A stretch of DNA of 64,000 nucleotides from Acanthaster planci (Eukaryota): positions 2,899,627 to 2,963,626 of the forward strand of contig NW_019091366.1 of assembly GCF_001949145.1 (NCBI RefSeq), written 5' to 3'. Made by a program: the position numbers and the translations under genes. Under the pieces are notes generated by a model. The model was not told the DNA's origin and made no database searches. It saw nothing but the letters and a program-made list of their open reading frames with translations. The number at the start of each line of letters is the position of its first letter. Position 1 is the first letter of the stretch. Positions 28,601 to 42,811 of the stretch are shown one piece after another.

Positions 28601-31600
28601 TGATGTTGAAATGTTGAGAGGAAACTTGGTGCAAAGCAAGCCATGCAAATGGCTAGTTACATGATGAATGACTGCACAGCCGTCCTCCTGATGATGTGGC
28701 CTACAATCGTCCTATCAAAGTACAATCACCCAGTATAGCAGCACTAATATGAACTCAGCGGTATGGCTCTTACATTACACACAGACTGGGTCTGTATGGC
28801 TGTGCATTCAGTGTACTAATCCAAGCACTAATTACTTCAAGAAGCAGTGGAAAAATGGTCCAAGTACACAGGTGTGCCGACTAAGACAAAATTTTGGTTA
28901 AGTGAAGCGACTAAACCTTATCATTTTTGAAACTAATATGCCATTACCATCCTCATAAAAAAACTCAAAGGGGAAATTTATTCTGCTTGATTTGGTGAAG
29001 ACGGTGAATAAATTTGTCTGCTAATGGAAAAGCCTCTCAACGTTTTATATTCTTTTTGTATTGAAAGTAATTACATTCGTCTGTCGTGGTGGCAGTTCAA
29101 TATTATCTGTTGTAATTTGGAGCCCATTGTAATTAGCATAATTACATTGAGGGATGGCTGGCTGGGTGTTTAGACATTCTGTTGCCTGTATGATAACAAT
29201 TTTACTGTACTACAGGTGGAAGTCATTAATATTCGATTGATTACCAAACTATCCAATGAAAAAGAAGTTCCTTTGAATATTTGGTGCCCAAGGGAAAGTG
29301 TCGCTGTACTTTGTTACTGTAAGTTGTTAAATTTGGTTATTCATTTAGCTACACATGTACTACCAGTCATATGAACCAACAGAAAATGTAAAATGTACAT
29401 GTACATGTTGTGCATATACATGTAGTTATATCTTTACAGTCCTGAAGTTGAAGGATTCAGAACTGTTTAAGGGCAAATCATGTGATAGGATTCAAACATT
29501 TCTATGCTCTGAGCATGCAGGGTAATTGTTTGCAATCTTTTTTCTTAAAAAAGAATTAAAGTTAGTCTATGCCTTATTTTTTATTACAGTAAATGTCACC
29601 CAACTGGAACTCAACAGTGTTAATTTATTCTTAACCTGTGTGCCTGTTTCCCCACCAGCAATTCTTCTGCTAATTTCAAAGGAATAATGAAACTTACAAC
29701 TAACAGGAATTGGATTAAAAGGTGCTGGTATTCATTAAATTCTATTTCTGGGGCAGGAAAAGTCTGTTGGTGAAATTGTATTTCTTTAGCAAAATAAAGG
29801 AAAGTCAGCTCCTAAATAAAACCAAGTTGTTAACAGACGAAAAGTGAAAATTGACATTGTGTAAAAAAAGAAAATAAAATTTGATCTGTGGTGCTTTACT
29901 TAAATCCAAAGTGATATTTGAGAAGATATCACTTAAAACGACACTAGAAGTTAAATCGAATCCCCAAAAGATTGTGACATTAGATTTTCTAATGGGTAAC
30001 TTTTCAAAAGTGATTTTGTATTCCTTCAGATGGTTAGCTTTGATGATCATGATGGCAGTGCTACTAGTATTGGAAGAAAACCTGAATCAGCACAAACACA
30101 AAGATGACTACGTGTACCTCTTAACGTTTTACTGGAGGATCTGTAGTGCAGAGTGCTGATACTTGGCTTTCAAATTTGTGCATTTATTCCCATCCAGATT
30201 ATGGTGGTTATTATGAGGGCTTTAGTCTTTGAGAAAAGACATTCAGAATCGAAGTTATACTGTATCTTCCTAGGAAGAATAATAGCCAAGGTTTGAGAGG
30301 ATTTACGTGTACATGTAGTTGTCTCCTGCCATGTTGAATGGCTGATTTCCTGAAACCATGTCAACATAAAAGCCATTTAAAGTAATTTTTCTTGTGCAAT
30401 TCAACAATGTCAACAAATAATTTTTATGAGAAGCAAACATGTGAAGGTATTGCTAATTTATCACTGTTAATCACAATTTTATTAGTAATCAAATCACACA
30501 ACTACTGTTAATCCTTCGACAACGAAGATGTTCAAAATTAAAATCTTTAGAAAAAGCCTTTGTTTATTGAAACATGTGAAATATAATAGAACGCAAATAA
30601 CAGAGACATAGAACTTTACACAACAAACAGTTCCATGTTGATTGAAGGTGTGCCAAGGTCTTCCCCATGTCATCTGTCAGGGAATTTGAGGGTTTGTGTT
30701 CTGATCGCCAACAAGAGATTGGCTGCAGAGTAGCGTCTGACAGAATGCAGTGCAAAACAAGTTACGATAATGGCACGTTCAGACAAGGTCGTCAGGTCGG
30801 TAGTGTAGTTGATGCCATCTGATGTACAGGAAACATAAAGCCTAATGGAACTAAACAATATCCTTAAGAATAATAGATGAACGTGATGATTAGATGATGG
30901 ATACTATGCGTGGTGGGTATCGCTTGGTAATTTGACTTTAAGTCTGTTTGGATTATTACAGAAACATAATAATGTGTTATTTGAAAATTCTTTACAGGTT
31001 TACACCTGAGTGTTATTGCGCTACTCAGAATCTTGGCAGTAATATCAACTAAAATAGCTCTTGCCACCAGATTTCTTTCTAATACAAGACATCCCGTACA
31101 CTAATAGCTTGCTGTTCTGTGTTGTGGAAAGATGTTGGTGGCCAGGTAGATCCAGTCCTTTCATCACTGCTTTTTCCTATCCTAAACAAAAGATGATACG
31201 AGCGGCAATATTTAGGAGCTCTTTGGATCTCCAGCGAGCACTTGACTGATTCCCCAGTGCCGCCCAGGGTTTCCACATCAGACACCATGCCGCTTCCTCA
31301 TGGTGAACCATCAATGAACGCTTTGAAATTTGATGAGGATTTAAGACAGACCCTTCAAGCGCTGTTGTGTTGCTGAACCATACGGCCCATGATTTGTAGG
31401 CCTGCTCCCTGATCCTCAAGGGATGTTAACAAAAATCATTAGCTTATGTTGGATATCCCCCGGTAAAATAAATGGAGGGGACTCTGGTTCATACATGGTT
31501 TACACGAAAAAGCTCTTTGTGGTTCCATTTGTGTAAAAAACCCCTCAAGCTTGGATCTTTGAAGCCCCTTGGCCAAGCCTTACCCTGCACAGTTGGAGTA

Positions 31601-31880
31601 TGGTCATGTTTGTACATGTAGATCTAACAATATGCCCAGTAGATTTTGATTAAAGTATTTAAAAAAAGAGCGAGCTGTGCTGGGAACAGTTATGGTTAAA
31701 ACAGCTGTTGCTGCAGAAATTTGGAGCTGAGCTCAGTTTCAGTTTATCACAAAACAACCTGTTGTCTTAAATTGTGTAGTGCCACGTTGCACTCAAGTGC
31801 ACCTGTTAATTTGCCTGGACTAATTTATGATAAGCATATGATGATCTACGAATTTTCATCTACAAATTTTATTTCCCTTC

Positions 31881-31902
31881 TGTGTGTGTGTGTTTGTGTG
31901 TG
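31881..31902. repeat. (TG)n dinucleotide microsatellite.
   Basis: The sequence reads tgtgtgtgtgtgtttgtgtgtg. Confidence 0.9.
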
Positions 31903-32724
31903 CTGGTATGGAAGTACATGTACTTACATAGTATTGGAAAGTTCAGTGGTCTGCTTGCTCAAATTTGGCAAGCTCACCAACATTTAACTGCAGAGTATAT
32001 GTATGTGCAAAGGTACCAGCAACTTTGAATAATTTAAACAGAAGTGTCCGGAATGAGCCATTTCTATAAATCATTCATAGATTTGAATACATGGTATTAC
32101 CCTGGCATAAAACATTCATTATAATAAACTTACAGTAAGATCTATTTAAGCAATAATGAACATACATGTACATGCACAGTAAATTTATATACTGCATGCA
32201 TGTGTGTTCATTGTATATATTTCTTGCTGTTCGGTTGAAAAATAATGTTGTAAAAATGCAAATTGTTCTGGACTTGTATAAATGTTGTTAAATATAACCT
32301 TAAATGATTAACTCCAGTTGTCTTTCACAAGCAGCCGACTTACATAATTTTTAAACAATGCAGCACAGAATAGATTCTTTGTTTTTTTGTTGAGGGGGTC
32401 TTAGAATCCTGTAAAGATTGCCACTGTTGAGTCTATGTACATGTACATCACCTGTTGGAGATGTACTGAACAGCAATTTAAAACTTAAACAACGTGGGCG
32501 TATTCTAGAAATTCAGTCTCAGTTTGTTGGGAATGGTTCACGTGTTTTTCTCAGCCCCAGGAACCCTCTTAAGTTGATTGCTGAAGATATCAGAATATGT
32601 TAAAGTACTGTACATACATGTACGTGTATTAAAAAGCTGAACCTTAATATAGATTTCAGTTGTTTGCATTCTTCATGCATTTTGATTTTAATGTGTCCTT
32701 TTATTTGTGTGGTTTTTTTTCCAG

Positions 32725-32776
32725 GATATCAAAGTAAACTGGGCTACTACACCAAGTGCAAAAAAAGATACCAGTG
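32725..32776 (+). CDS. TIA1: TIA1/TIAR-like exon (equivalent to human TIA1 exon 4). It encodes DIKVNWATTPSAKKDTS, the C-terminal end of RRM1, and ends in phase 1.
   Basis: A polypyrimidine tract and CAG acceptor end at 32,724. A GTAAGT donor sits at 32,777. The translation DIKVNWATTPSAKKDTS aligns to human TIA-1 EVKVNWATTPSSQKKDTS. The junction codon g|gt (Gly) joins the next exon in frame. Confidence 0.85.
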
Positions 32777-35700
32777 GTAAGTATGTGGTGCCTTGACTGG
32801 GGATTTGTCAAATAAGAGGCAATGTTTGGGCTAAATTCATATTTTTGCAAACACCTTAATGTGCTGGTTGCTCAGAATCAAAGTAAAAGAAAATAGTGAA
32901 ATAATCGTCACTTTGTAACAATTGGGGCTTACGGCTTAAACCTATATGTTACATGTTACGCAGAGTTGCACGATTAATGGTATATTTCTTGCTGCATTTC
33001 TTCTGGTTGTCAATTTTATTTGTTTTGGTCATGAGGCAGGATGTTTCTTTCATTTCTTTCCTTTAGTTTTTACTTGCTTCTGACTACACTTTTCTTCTTG
33101 CACATTACTGTACATGTACTTGAAGTTACATGTATTTGAAGTTATCTCCATATAAACTTACCCAACGAACCCACTTTCATACAAGCCTGCCTGTTGTACA
33201 GATGCATGTGTTTTAAATACCATAACAAGTTGCTGGTAGTTTGGTGTAGTGGAAACCATTATTTGTTTCAGAATGTAAACTCATACTGCAACTGGAGAGG
33301 GATGGGTACGATATTATTAGACTTAGTGTTACAGTGACATCTGTCGCTAAATTCAGCTTTGCGTCAGCATTCAGGAACTACATGTATATGCCTGCCAGTA
33401 TTTTTGATGAATATGAAAACTCAGCTGCTTGATTTCTTACTGCTGGTTGAGTCTTGTCTTAACATTGTTGTCACTGTTAGAAGAAGTAGTGAGTAATACA
33501 ATGAGACATGCTACCATGGACCACAATTCTGGGTCAAGTACTAAGACATTGTAAATGGTGTAGGTAGGTCCAACATGTACATGTAGGATGTGATGAAGTA
33601 CGTATTTTCCACACATTACTACTCAGTATCACACATGCTCACATTGCAAAGAACCACAAAGTACAAATCTCATTATTGCTTGACTGCATGAGTACATGTT
33701 CATCAGAATCAAAGTGACTGAAGCCTTTTTGAGCTGGACAGATGAAGTTACCCCCAAAGCCGCAAACAAACTGGAAAGTAGTCATTTTTAATATGTGCAT
33801 GTATATCTCTCTAGTCAGGCGAGTAAGATCATTCTCAGGATCCTTTTGGATCTTTTTCTCCGTCTTTCTATAACAATGCGTACTACTGTATGTATATCAA
33901 TGAGCTCCCAGAATCCATGGAGCACGACTTCCCTGATTCTAGGTCAGCTGAAGCTTATGTTTGCCATGCATGAAAGTTAGCCCCAGAATCTAGACATCTG
34001 TATCCACTGAATATGTGTGATCTGCTGGGTTTCTCTAGCAACATTGTCTTTTCGGCAGCAAACATTTCCTGTTCATAGGGTAGGCTGTATGTGTAATGTA
34101 GAAGATTCAAGGCTGTATTTTTTCAGGTGCTACATTTGCATGCAGACATGTTTTTGGTTTCTACAGTTAGATTTTATTTTGTAAGATGTCATAATTTCTG
34201 GGTACAAAACAAATTGTCTGTTATGGATTCTGAAAGTTAAAGGAAATGAGCACTCCCATCTCTCTTGTTGGTCTGCTACATGTACCTTCTGTAGTATAGA
34301 AAGCAGGTTGAATCTCCTGTAAAAGTGTACCTTCTATATAATACCACTATTTGAAATACAGAATTGTTGAAAACTGTCAAATTACCAATCAATTTGTTGC
34401 TTAGAAAGTAGCTATTCTTGTGCATATCTAAATTCACCTGAGCTGTAGAAAGTTCTTATTTGATTGCTTGAGTTTCATTTTAATTTTGAGGTAAGTTTTA
34501 AAATGTTTGAAGCAGCCCCTTGAGATTATTTCAAATGCTTGTTAAGGAGATTTAGGAAGTATTTTTTACCTTTGATGAGTGAGTCTAGTAGGAATTTTTA
34601 ATTCATGTAGTTTTTTCAGCGGCATGCTTTACACAAAGCCACATTTGTCCATCAGAGAATTATAAGAGGGAAAATGAAGTTGGAGATAAATTAAGTGTGA
34701 TGTACGCCTAAATGGCAATTTTTGTGGCAACTGTACAATTTGTCATTCAGCTGCAGTACATGTATGCAGGTCATTTTGCTTGATCCCCCGTTGGCAATAA
34801 AAACCTACGGAATTGGTTACCCATTCCTCCTCTGATTACTCTGGTACTGTAGAATTGTTGAGGCAGAGCCTTTGGAAGGCACTATCAGCGCTATATCTAC
34901 ATGTACATGTACGTGCATGTACCAGCACCTACCAGTGTGTGTGTAGATCTGATACTGTATGTTCATTGTACTGTCTGATCATTGGGTGAACTGTACCAGT
35001 ACACATGTACCAAGAATTCTTGGTGCTTGATGCACTGTACATGTATATTGCAATTACCAATTGCTTTAATGGTGACATATATCATTTCGTGTGCTCTATG
35101 CCAAACTTCAAGTCTTAGGGACATAAAATACTTCCATCCTTTCCATATCTTGAAGGATTTATAGCAGACATATAACCAGTAGACTAATGATAATCTGTAG
35201 TGTGTATAAGGACAAATAAAAGCATCATTAGAGCAATGATTGACAATCCAGACGTGGATGTGACCATGGTAGATGTTATTACGGATGGTCTTAATCGCTT
35301 CTTCACGGCTGACCCTTGGACTTGAGGCTTTGGTCTACCTGGAGACGAGGAAGGGTTAATTTCTGAGTGATATATAGGTAGTTTGGATTGTCTCCTTGAC
35401 TGTGATCATATGCTTCAGAATGACAGTATTATGATTCAGGAACGAGATTGCTTTGACATGAAGGAGTGAAGTGTTAACAAGCCGTCTGTCACTCCTCTTC
35501 CTCTGCTCCTTCTCAAGGTGACCCTTCTTCCACCCTTGCTCTTTGACAGGCTGTTGACTAATGTGCAAACGTTGAAATGCTTTGGACAAAGTAGGAAAAT
35601 CGGAGAGGAAGGGTTAAAACTATCCTTATAGTTCTTAAACAACATGCGTGTAGTGTTGCTACATGTAAATGGACCATGTTGAGAAAGAATAAACTTATTT

Positions 35701-38700
35701 CTCTAAGCAAAGTGACACTGACAGGCACTTGGAAGTATTTATCCTGGCTGTTCTGAGAACTCAACACAAGCTCAATGTCTAGACACACCACATTACACGT
35801 GTTGTCACTACAGACCAACGTCAATACCCACAAGCCAATGTGAATTTGACTCATGTTTTCAGAAGCACCCTTGCTCTATAACTGTCTTATCTTAGATTGA
35901 AGCATCTTCCACATGTGAATGTTATTATCAGCTCAACCACTCCTCAATCACGAAGGTTTTGATTTCTCCTGTATGATCAGATTTTGACGTTGCAATCTTG
36001 CATTTGCAGTAATTTTTGACCCAAAGGGTTTCATTTTGACCTTCTTCTCTTTTTTTCCCACCCCTCCTGGGTTTGATCATAAGCAGTTATTTGTCCATCT
36101 GAAATTATTCCAGAGGACTTCTAGTTTGGCACCTGGTGTATTAATCATGTCACAACATCAGTGTGAAGAGCTTGTCAACATCCGAGGGGCGTTGAGTTGA
36201 CCGACAGAGAGGACGGTTGGGGGTTGCATAGGGGAAGTAAAGTTCCTCTTATGAATTATGCCTAGACCAAAATGGTAAATGGTACTAGACCATGTAAACA
36301 TGATATGCCACTTGTACGTGGAAGGTATACCTCTTGAGATGTCAAGGAGCATGTATTTCTCCTGCAGATGATGATGAGCTTGGTGGACTGGGGGGATGGA
36401 GTTAGGTTAGGAGTTGAGAATTGGAATACATGTGGCTCTAGGATTCAGATGCATAGCTGTACATCACATGTACACTTCTATTCATTGAAACACCCATTTA
36501 TTTATTATAAATGGATTTACTTAATCATCAAAATGCTTCAGGTTTAGGAAATGTTATTATTTGTGTTGTTTCTGATGTCTCTAAGATTCTTCTTGAAAAT
36601 GTTTCGAAATTTAACTTCCTATTCATGTTTTAAAAATTCCTTTTATTTTTCTTATATTTTGCCAACAGTTCATCGTCAGATCATTTCAGGTAAAATTTCT
36701 TCACTTATTCATTAACCATTTAATAAAACAGATTGAGTCTAAAGCTTTACCCCAGGAAACTGATATACTGTATCTGAAATGTGCTGTTTGTCTGAATACA
36801 GTTTGGTGTGGCAATTCATGATTTTTCCCTGACCTGCCATGATTAGCTCCAGACACACTGCAAGATTAATCATCTAAAAAGGATTTGAGGGTCTCTAAAT
36901 GGAAAGACCCTCATGAAATGGTACCTGGAGAAAGGGTAACATTGGTCAGAAACCTTTGAAACACTATAATATCTCTTTGACAAGTACTGTGCCCACTAAA
37001 TCATATGGATGTGACTTGTGCCTCAATAGCAGGTTCAATAATTAGTGCTAACTCAGAAGTTATTTATTTATTATATAAATGAGCTTATAATCAGAAGCCT
37101 TCTGTTTAAACTGGAGGAGCCATTTTCCTTTTGAAAAATTTATTGGTGGACACTTCTGTGTTTTCTTTACATATACATGTACGTCATCATTAATTCCTGT
37201 TAATTGACTGGGGGAATCTAGCAGAAAACAGGTCGTTTCTGAAGAATTGCTTACTATTCTAAAAAGTATTTTGATGGAATCCTTGCATTTTGGAAAAAAC
37301 ATTGGCCTCTTCTCAAGGTGTTTTGAAAATGACTTGAGGCCAAGTAGACATTAAAGTACATATATTCCAGCTCAGTTGGCTTAGATAATACCTCACACAT
37401 TGACTGTACAGAGAGACTGCTGTCAAATTTCACAGTTCAACGTGGTAAAATATTGAGCATGGGGTCTGTCACAATGCAGACATTAGGAATAGGGGTTCAG
37501 GCAATTATAGAGATGCTAAAAATAGAACAAGGGCTCGCATGAGTTCCATTTCTGATGTCTAAGGGAGTTGTTGGGCAATGATATTAAAAAATGGCACATT
37601 TCTATTTTTTGTGAGTTAACTTTGAATAGGCTCATATATACAGGCAGGTATTTTATTTTTTTTCTAAAGTGGTGAATGATTTACATGAAGAAGTATATGT
37701 TTTTTTTATTGAAATTCGGTTTAGAGATATAATTGCATCACATAGTAAATGTTCAAATGATAAAGAGTATCCTGGGATGAGTGACATGCGATGAATGCTT
37801 GTAATGAGAAACCAATGTGCAATTAATGGCATTGATTGATTAATATTCCAGCAATTTCTAGTCAGAGAATTTCAAAGGATTATCTCTGTCAATGGTAAAT
37901 TGATGGAAGTAATGATTATAGTGTAACAGTTAATAGTAGCTCCTTCAAGGCTTATTCAAGCTTGTTATTTATAAGTTATCAACACTGCATGGTTTATTGA
38001 ATTGGGAAGTCACTGCTTTAGCATGAAGAGCTGACTCCCTGGTGAGTTTGTTGCATTATTGAACAATTCCAACCATCAGGTGGTGCTCCCTTGCCTCAAG
38101 ACACAACTGAGCAGGTGTTCACTTCGTGCTACTGAGAATGGTTACAAAGTCTGAATTTGACTCTCTGTGACAGGTCCTACTGACCTGCTCAACTACAACA
38201 ATTCCAGCATAGGATTGACAATGATATCACCAGAAAAGTGTCAGAGGTGTTAATTGATTGATGAAGCAGTTAACATTGATCTAAGCAGCAAGTGACTTCA
38301 TTGTTATACATGTACCTAGTAACCCCCTCATAACCTCAGATCAATTACTCTACCTGTGATATTAGATGAACAAACAATCACTTGTGGAAATTGGATTTGC
38401 ACTTTTCCTCTGAGCATAGAATAGTACTGTTTATGCATTCATGGAGAACAATCATGCTTATCATCTCCATTACTGCTTTTCTCTTTCCTGCTCTTTGAAG
38501 CATAGTATCTTCTTCACATATACACGACCAGGGTTACCTGTACCTGTAAAAATTATAAGACTTATCTTACCCCAAAAATTGCAGATATGTTCATCAGTTT
38601 TATAAAATTGTGAGATTTAAAAAAGAAGTTCATTTTAAATTGAGAAAGTCTCTTAATTAAATTTGACAGCCATCATTTCAAATGGTTTCATTTGTGACTC

Positions 38701-39479
38701 GTTTGTGGTCTTTCTAGATTGCAAAAAAATGTAAAAGAAATATTAAAAATGTTTACATGTAAAATGCAAAAGTTGTTTAATTTTTTATAACGTTAGAGCA
38801 GTTGTTAGTCATATTGGAATTCCACGTTATCATTACCAGAATAATGAGAATCATTTACATGTACATCCATCAAGACTGAACTTCATCTGGAGAGAGAGAG
38901 GAGGGGGGGAGGAAAGAAGCCATGAATTGTTATGCCAGGGATGAAACTACAGTTAGCTCCTTGATGTTGAGTATTGCATGCAATACTGGTTGGTTTTCAC
39001 ACCAAGGGGGCTAAAGCTGCAAAGGACTTGTGGGAATTGCTGGGGTATGCCAGTGGTGCTATTAAGATGCCATGCCACCTCCTTTAGACCTGCCTAGTCG
39101 ATGAGTTTTGCGGGTCATATCTTCTTGGAGTAACACCTTCGTCTTCCTGGCAAACCTCATCAAACCAGAAGGAGAGACTGACCCTACTGACTCTTTGTCT
39201 TAAAATATTCATGATTGGCACATTACCGCTTGATAATTGCATTGAATCCTGTCTCTAATAGTCACTGAGGCCATATTTGCATCCAAGGGGACTTTCAATC
39301 TTGTTCATTCTTTTATGGTGCTAAGGTAAATCTTTATGCCTTGATAGACAAACTGGAGTTAAGGCTGATGTTGTCATACAATTTCAACAATTGGCAGAGA
39401 TTTTCTGCAAAAATTATTATTGTTCTGGTAGGCTCATTGGCCAGGAATTTTATTTTTCAATGATACTAATTTATTTGTT

Positions 39480-39700
39480 TGCGGTACCTGCTGCTACATC
39501 TGATTCGAAACCAGCCAGCCGACACCAGCAAGCTTGGTGGTCGAGTGGTTCAGACTTCTGCACTAGTAAGCAGGAGGTTGTGGGTTTGAGTCCCACCCGA
39601 GTACACTTTTTCACAGGCCTGGGGGGGGCATACACTGAGCATACAGTGTTAAAACTACACGTTGGGATGTTAACCAGAGTGAGCTTATGCTGAGATTACA
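39480..39700 (+). mobile_element. tRNA-derived SINE insertion in a TIA1 intron.
   Basis: The tRNA-like head gcttGGTGGTCGAGTGGTTcagact...GGTTTGAGTCCCACCcgag carries Pol III A-box (TGGTCGAGTGG) and B-box (GGTTTGAGTCCC) motifs. A non-tRNA body follows. A second B-box-like GATTCGAAACC sits just upstream at about 39,500. Confidence 0.55.
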
Positions 39701-40252
39701 GCATGAATATATGTGTGTTGGTGTAAGGGAAAACATGTTATACAGCTTATGTGTTTGCTTTACTTGTTTTGAGGGTAAGACATTTCAATTTACATGTTTT
39801 GAATTTGGGGTAAGAGCGGTGCTTTCAAGGAAAAGAGCAAATGAAAATTACATGTATGTCTGAAGCTTATGAGCTGACTTTCCATTGACAATTGGAGCCA
39901 TGACCGGGAGAGATGTATTGATGGTTTCATGCTGTGAAGCTGACGTTTTAATCAGGTTGCTGATCCAATGGATGACATGTATTAACACACCAGGTCAGCA
40001 GGTTGTAAGAACTGTTCATTAATCCTCTGTCTTGTGTGTTAACACCTCTCCAGTCTTGACAGAACACCTCCAAATAATCATCAATTTATAGAATGGAGGA
40101 GTTACAGGGGTTAAGTTCAGCTTTCTAGGTGTCAGCTTATTAAAATTTGTTCTTGGTAATTACAAGATGTCATCTGTAACCTCATAGGAAATGTCATGGT
40201 TGTTAATTAAGAAACCCAACAAGGTACAAAAAAAGTTTCATAAAACACCATT

Positions 40253-40264
40253 CTCTCTCTCTCT
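40253..40264. repeat. (CT)6 microsatellite.
   Basis: The sequence reads ctctctctctct. Confidence 0.8.
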
Positions 40265-42723
40265 GTGCTACTGTACCTCACACCTATCCATCACTCCCAC
40301 ACCTACCCACTTAGCCCCGCCCCTGCCCCACCCTCTGCTTTCACTTCTAAGTATAATGTGGTGAACTCAGTATTTCTGCAAGAGGATTGGTCCTCTCTTG
40401 CTGGAATATTTAACATACGTCAGTTCCCTGCTATAATTCTCTCATTATATACGAGGCTTCCGGACTGACTTTGTACAGGGTTTCTTGATTAATTTGCAAT
40501 ATATTAGATCATTCTTGCTAGCAGCAAGTACATGTACATGTATGTCTTGCTCTGATAAACATACAGCTAGACAAAATGACATCCAAGAAGACAAATTTGG
40601 CACAATGTATGATGGAGAGAGAATTGCGTCCATTATTCAAGGAAGGAAAACACCTTGAAGTGTTGTATGAAATGTGAATAAACTGAATGCTTGTCTATTA
40701 ATATATCTGTTGAGGATGTACATGTGTATATTTCCTCTTGCATTATTGGTTCAACAAACATGTGATCTCCAAAAAAATAGATATGCCAATTTGCATTAAA
40801 ATGGTGTATGGCTGTAAATAGAACGGATACAACACACTTGTACGTGTACATACATTTTACATGCATGTACCTTAAACTCAGCATGCTACACATGGTCAAT
40901 AAGTGTAAAAGAAAAAATAGTTTCACAGTGGTCATTTTATGGTGCAGAATTAATTAACATTCGTTCTCTACAGAAATATTGAACTGGTGAACCAAACACA
41001 GTTTTTCGTTTTTTTTCAGTTGAATGTTGCAGAGATGCTTTTACTTGACTAAAGGGATAATTCCATAGAGACCGGTACCCTGGACATGGACATGTGTTGT
41101 ACAGACTAAAAAAGTACAATGACCACTTTCTTTTGGTCGTCCCTGTCCATCCTAAATTGCTTAATACAGTTTTCAAATCAGACAGGATGGTAGCCTGGAA
41201 TGACCTATGTGAAGATCTACTCATGCATAGATTTTGTGAAATTAAGATTTGCAATCCTGTTCAAAGCAAGAACTGTCAGACAATATTTGTTATATATTCT
41301 TGGTGCTATGCTCCAATTGAATGAATTGATGGCTTCCAGAACTCTGTCTCATCACATCAAGGTTCACAGCTGTAGCTGCTGAAACAATTCGCCATAGATA
41401 CGCATCGTCAAATGTTGGAAGGACGTCAGATTTGTAGGAGATTAGAGAGTCATGGTATATCCTGCATTAATCCAGTCAGAGAGATTCAGTACTTGCCACT
41501 GTGAATCAGAACCTCATCGATGTTTTCAGTTTGTTCAGAAATGGGGGGAAAAATCCAATTTGTGATGAGTGTTAGCTTTTTTATATTTCACTGGACTTGA
41601 ATTGTACAGTGTACTGTACATGCACAAATCCTAATCATACGTAGCGTTTGTTGCTTTGGTTATTTTTGGTGGATTAAACACAGACTTACAGGCATGATAC
41701 TGTTGGAAAGAAATATATAATGTAGTTCCAGTTTTGGCATCACCATAGATTTTATTTCTTGATCAGAATCAGATGAAAATGGAGTGATAAATATCAGGTT
41801 GTCTGGCTTAGTAAGGGAAACAGTTCAGCTGAGTCTAAGACTTTGCCCAGGGCTTGAGAAGGGTTCATCGATGGGTTGGTTGTCGGTAATATCAAGCATG
41901 CTTTGCCCCTGGGCAACTCATGCTCAGTCAAGCACTGGTCATATTATGAGACTAGCCAGCCAGGTATGACGTGGCAGTGAATGCTATATTGCCATGATAT
42001 CACATTGCATGAGATATTACCATTAGGAGATGTACATCATCATTATCATCATGTATCACCATGGTGATGTAGGGTGGAGATTGCATATCTTTGCTCCACC
42101 TTCTCGATTCTGTTCCATTTTCCTTCCGTTTCCTTCACTTCTCATGTACATCTGCTATTCCCAGTTGCTGTTCCCATTGACCTTTTAGGCGGCAGTTTTC
42201 CAGACTGCATTTTGCAGTTCTTTGCATTATGTATAAAAGTAGATTGGTAGCATTGAAAGGTCTCCCTTTTGCGAAGTGTTGAATCTTTTATCTGCAGGTC
42301 ACTGATTTTTTAAAAACAAGTTGTGGTAAATTGAAGTGTTGGGAAGAAATCAAGTGAAAAATTATTTGCTCAGTTCTGTCATATTTAAATGTTTTATCAG
42401 CTGAATAAACATGAAACAGTATTGGTTGTCTTACCTGTAGGTGTATTGATGTCCTAGATATCATGCATTCATTTCAAGAGAAATATTTATTGTTGTTTGG
42501 TGCCTAATTAATTAGTTACTAATTAATCACCTGAACTAAATGCCAGCTGAGAAAGTTCCAATGAAGCATACTTTCCAGACAGCAGCGGTACATGTAAACC
42601 AAACTTTGGGGTGTGGTTTGTCTGCCATTTTAAACTTTTTCCAGCTCCACTTAACTTTTTTCCAGTGTCCACTGTCACTTTCGCTTCACCTTTGACCTTT
42701 GTACTTTTTTGTCTTTACTACAG

Positions 42724-42811
42724 GTCATCATCATATATTTGTTGGTGATTTAGACCCTTCTGTAGAGACAGCTGATCTCTATAATGCCTTTTCCGTTTAT
42801 GGAACTATTTC
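42724..42811 (+). CDS. TIA1: TIA1/TIAR-like exon (human exon 6 equivalent). It encodes (G)HHHIFVGDLDPSVETADLYNAFSVYGTI(S), which is RRM2 beta1 with the RNP2 motif IFVGDL.
   Basis: The acceptor ...ctttactacag| ends at 42,723. A GTAAGT donor sits at 42,812. The product aligns to human [30 protein letters not shown]. The phase (1 in, 2 out) is consistent with the flanking exons. Confidence 0.9.
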
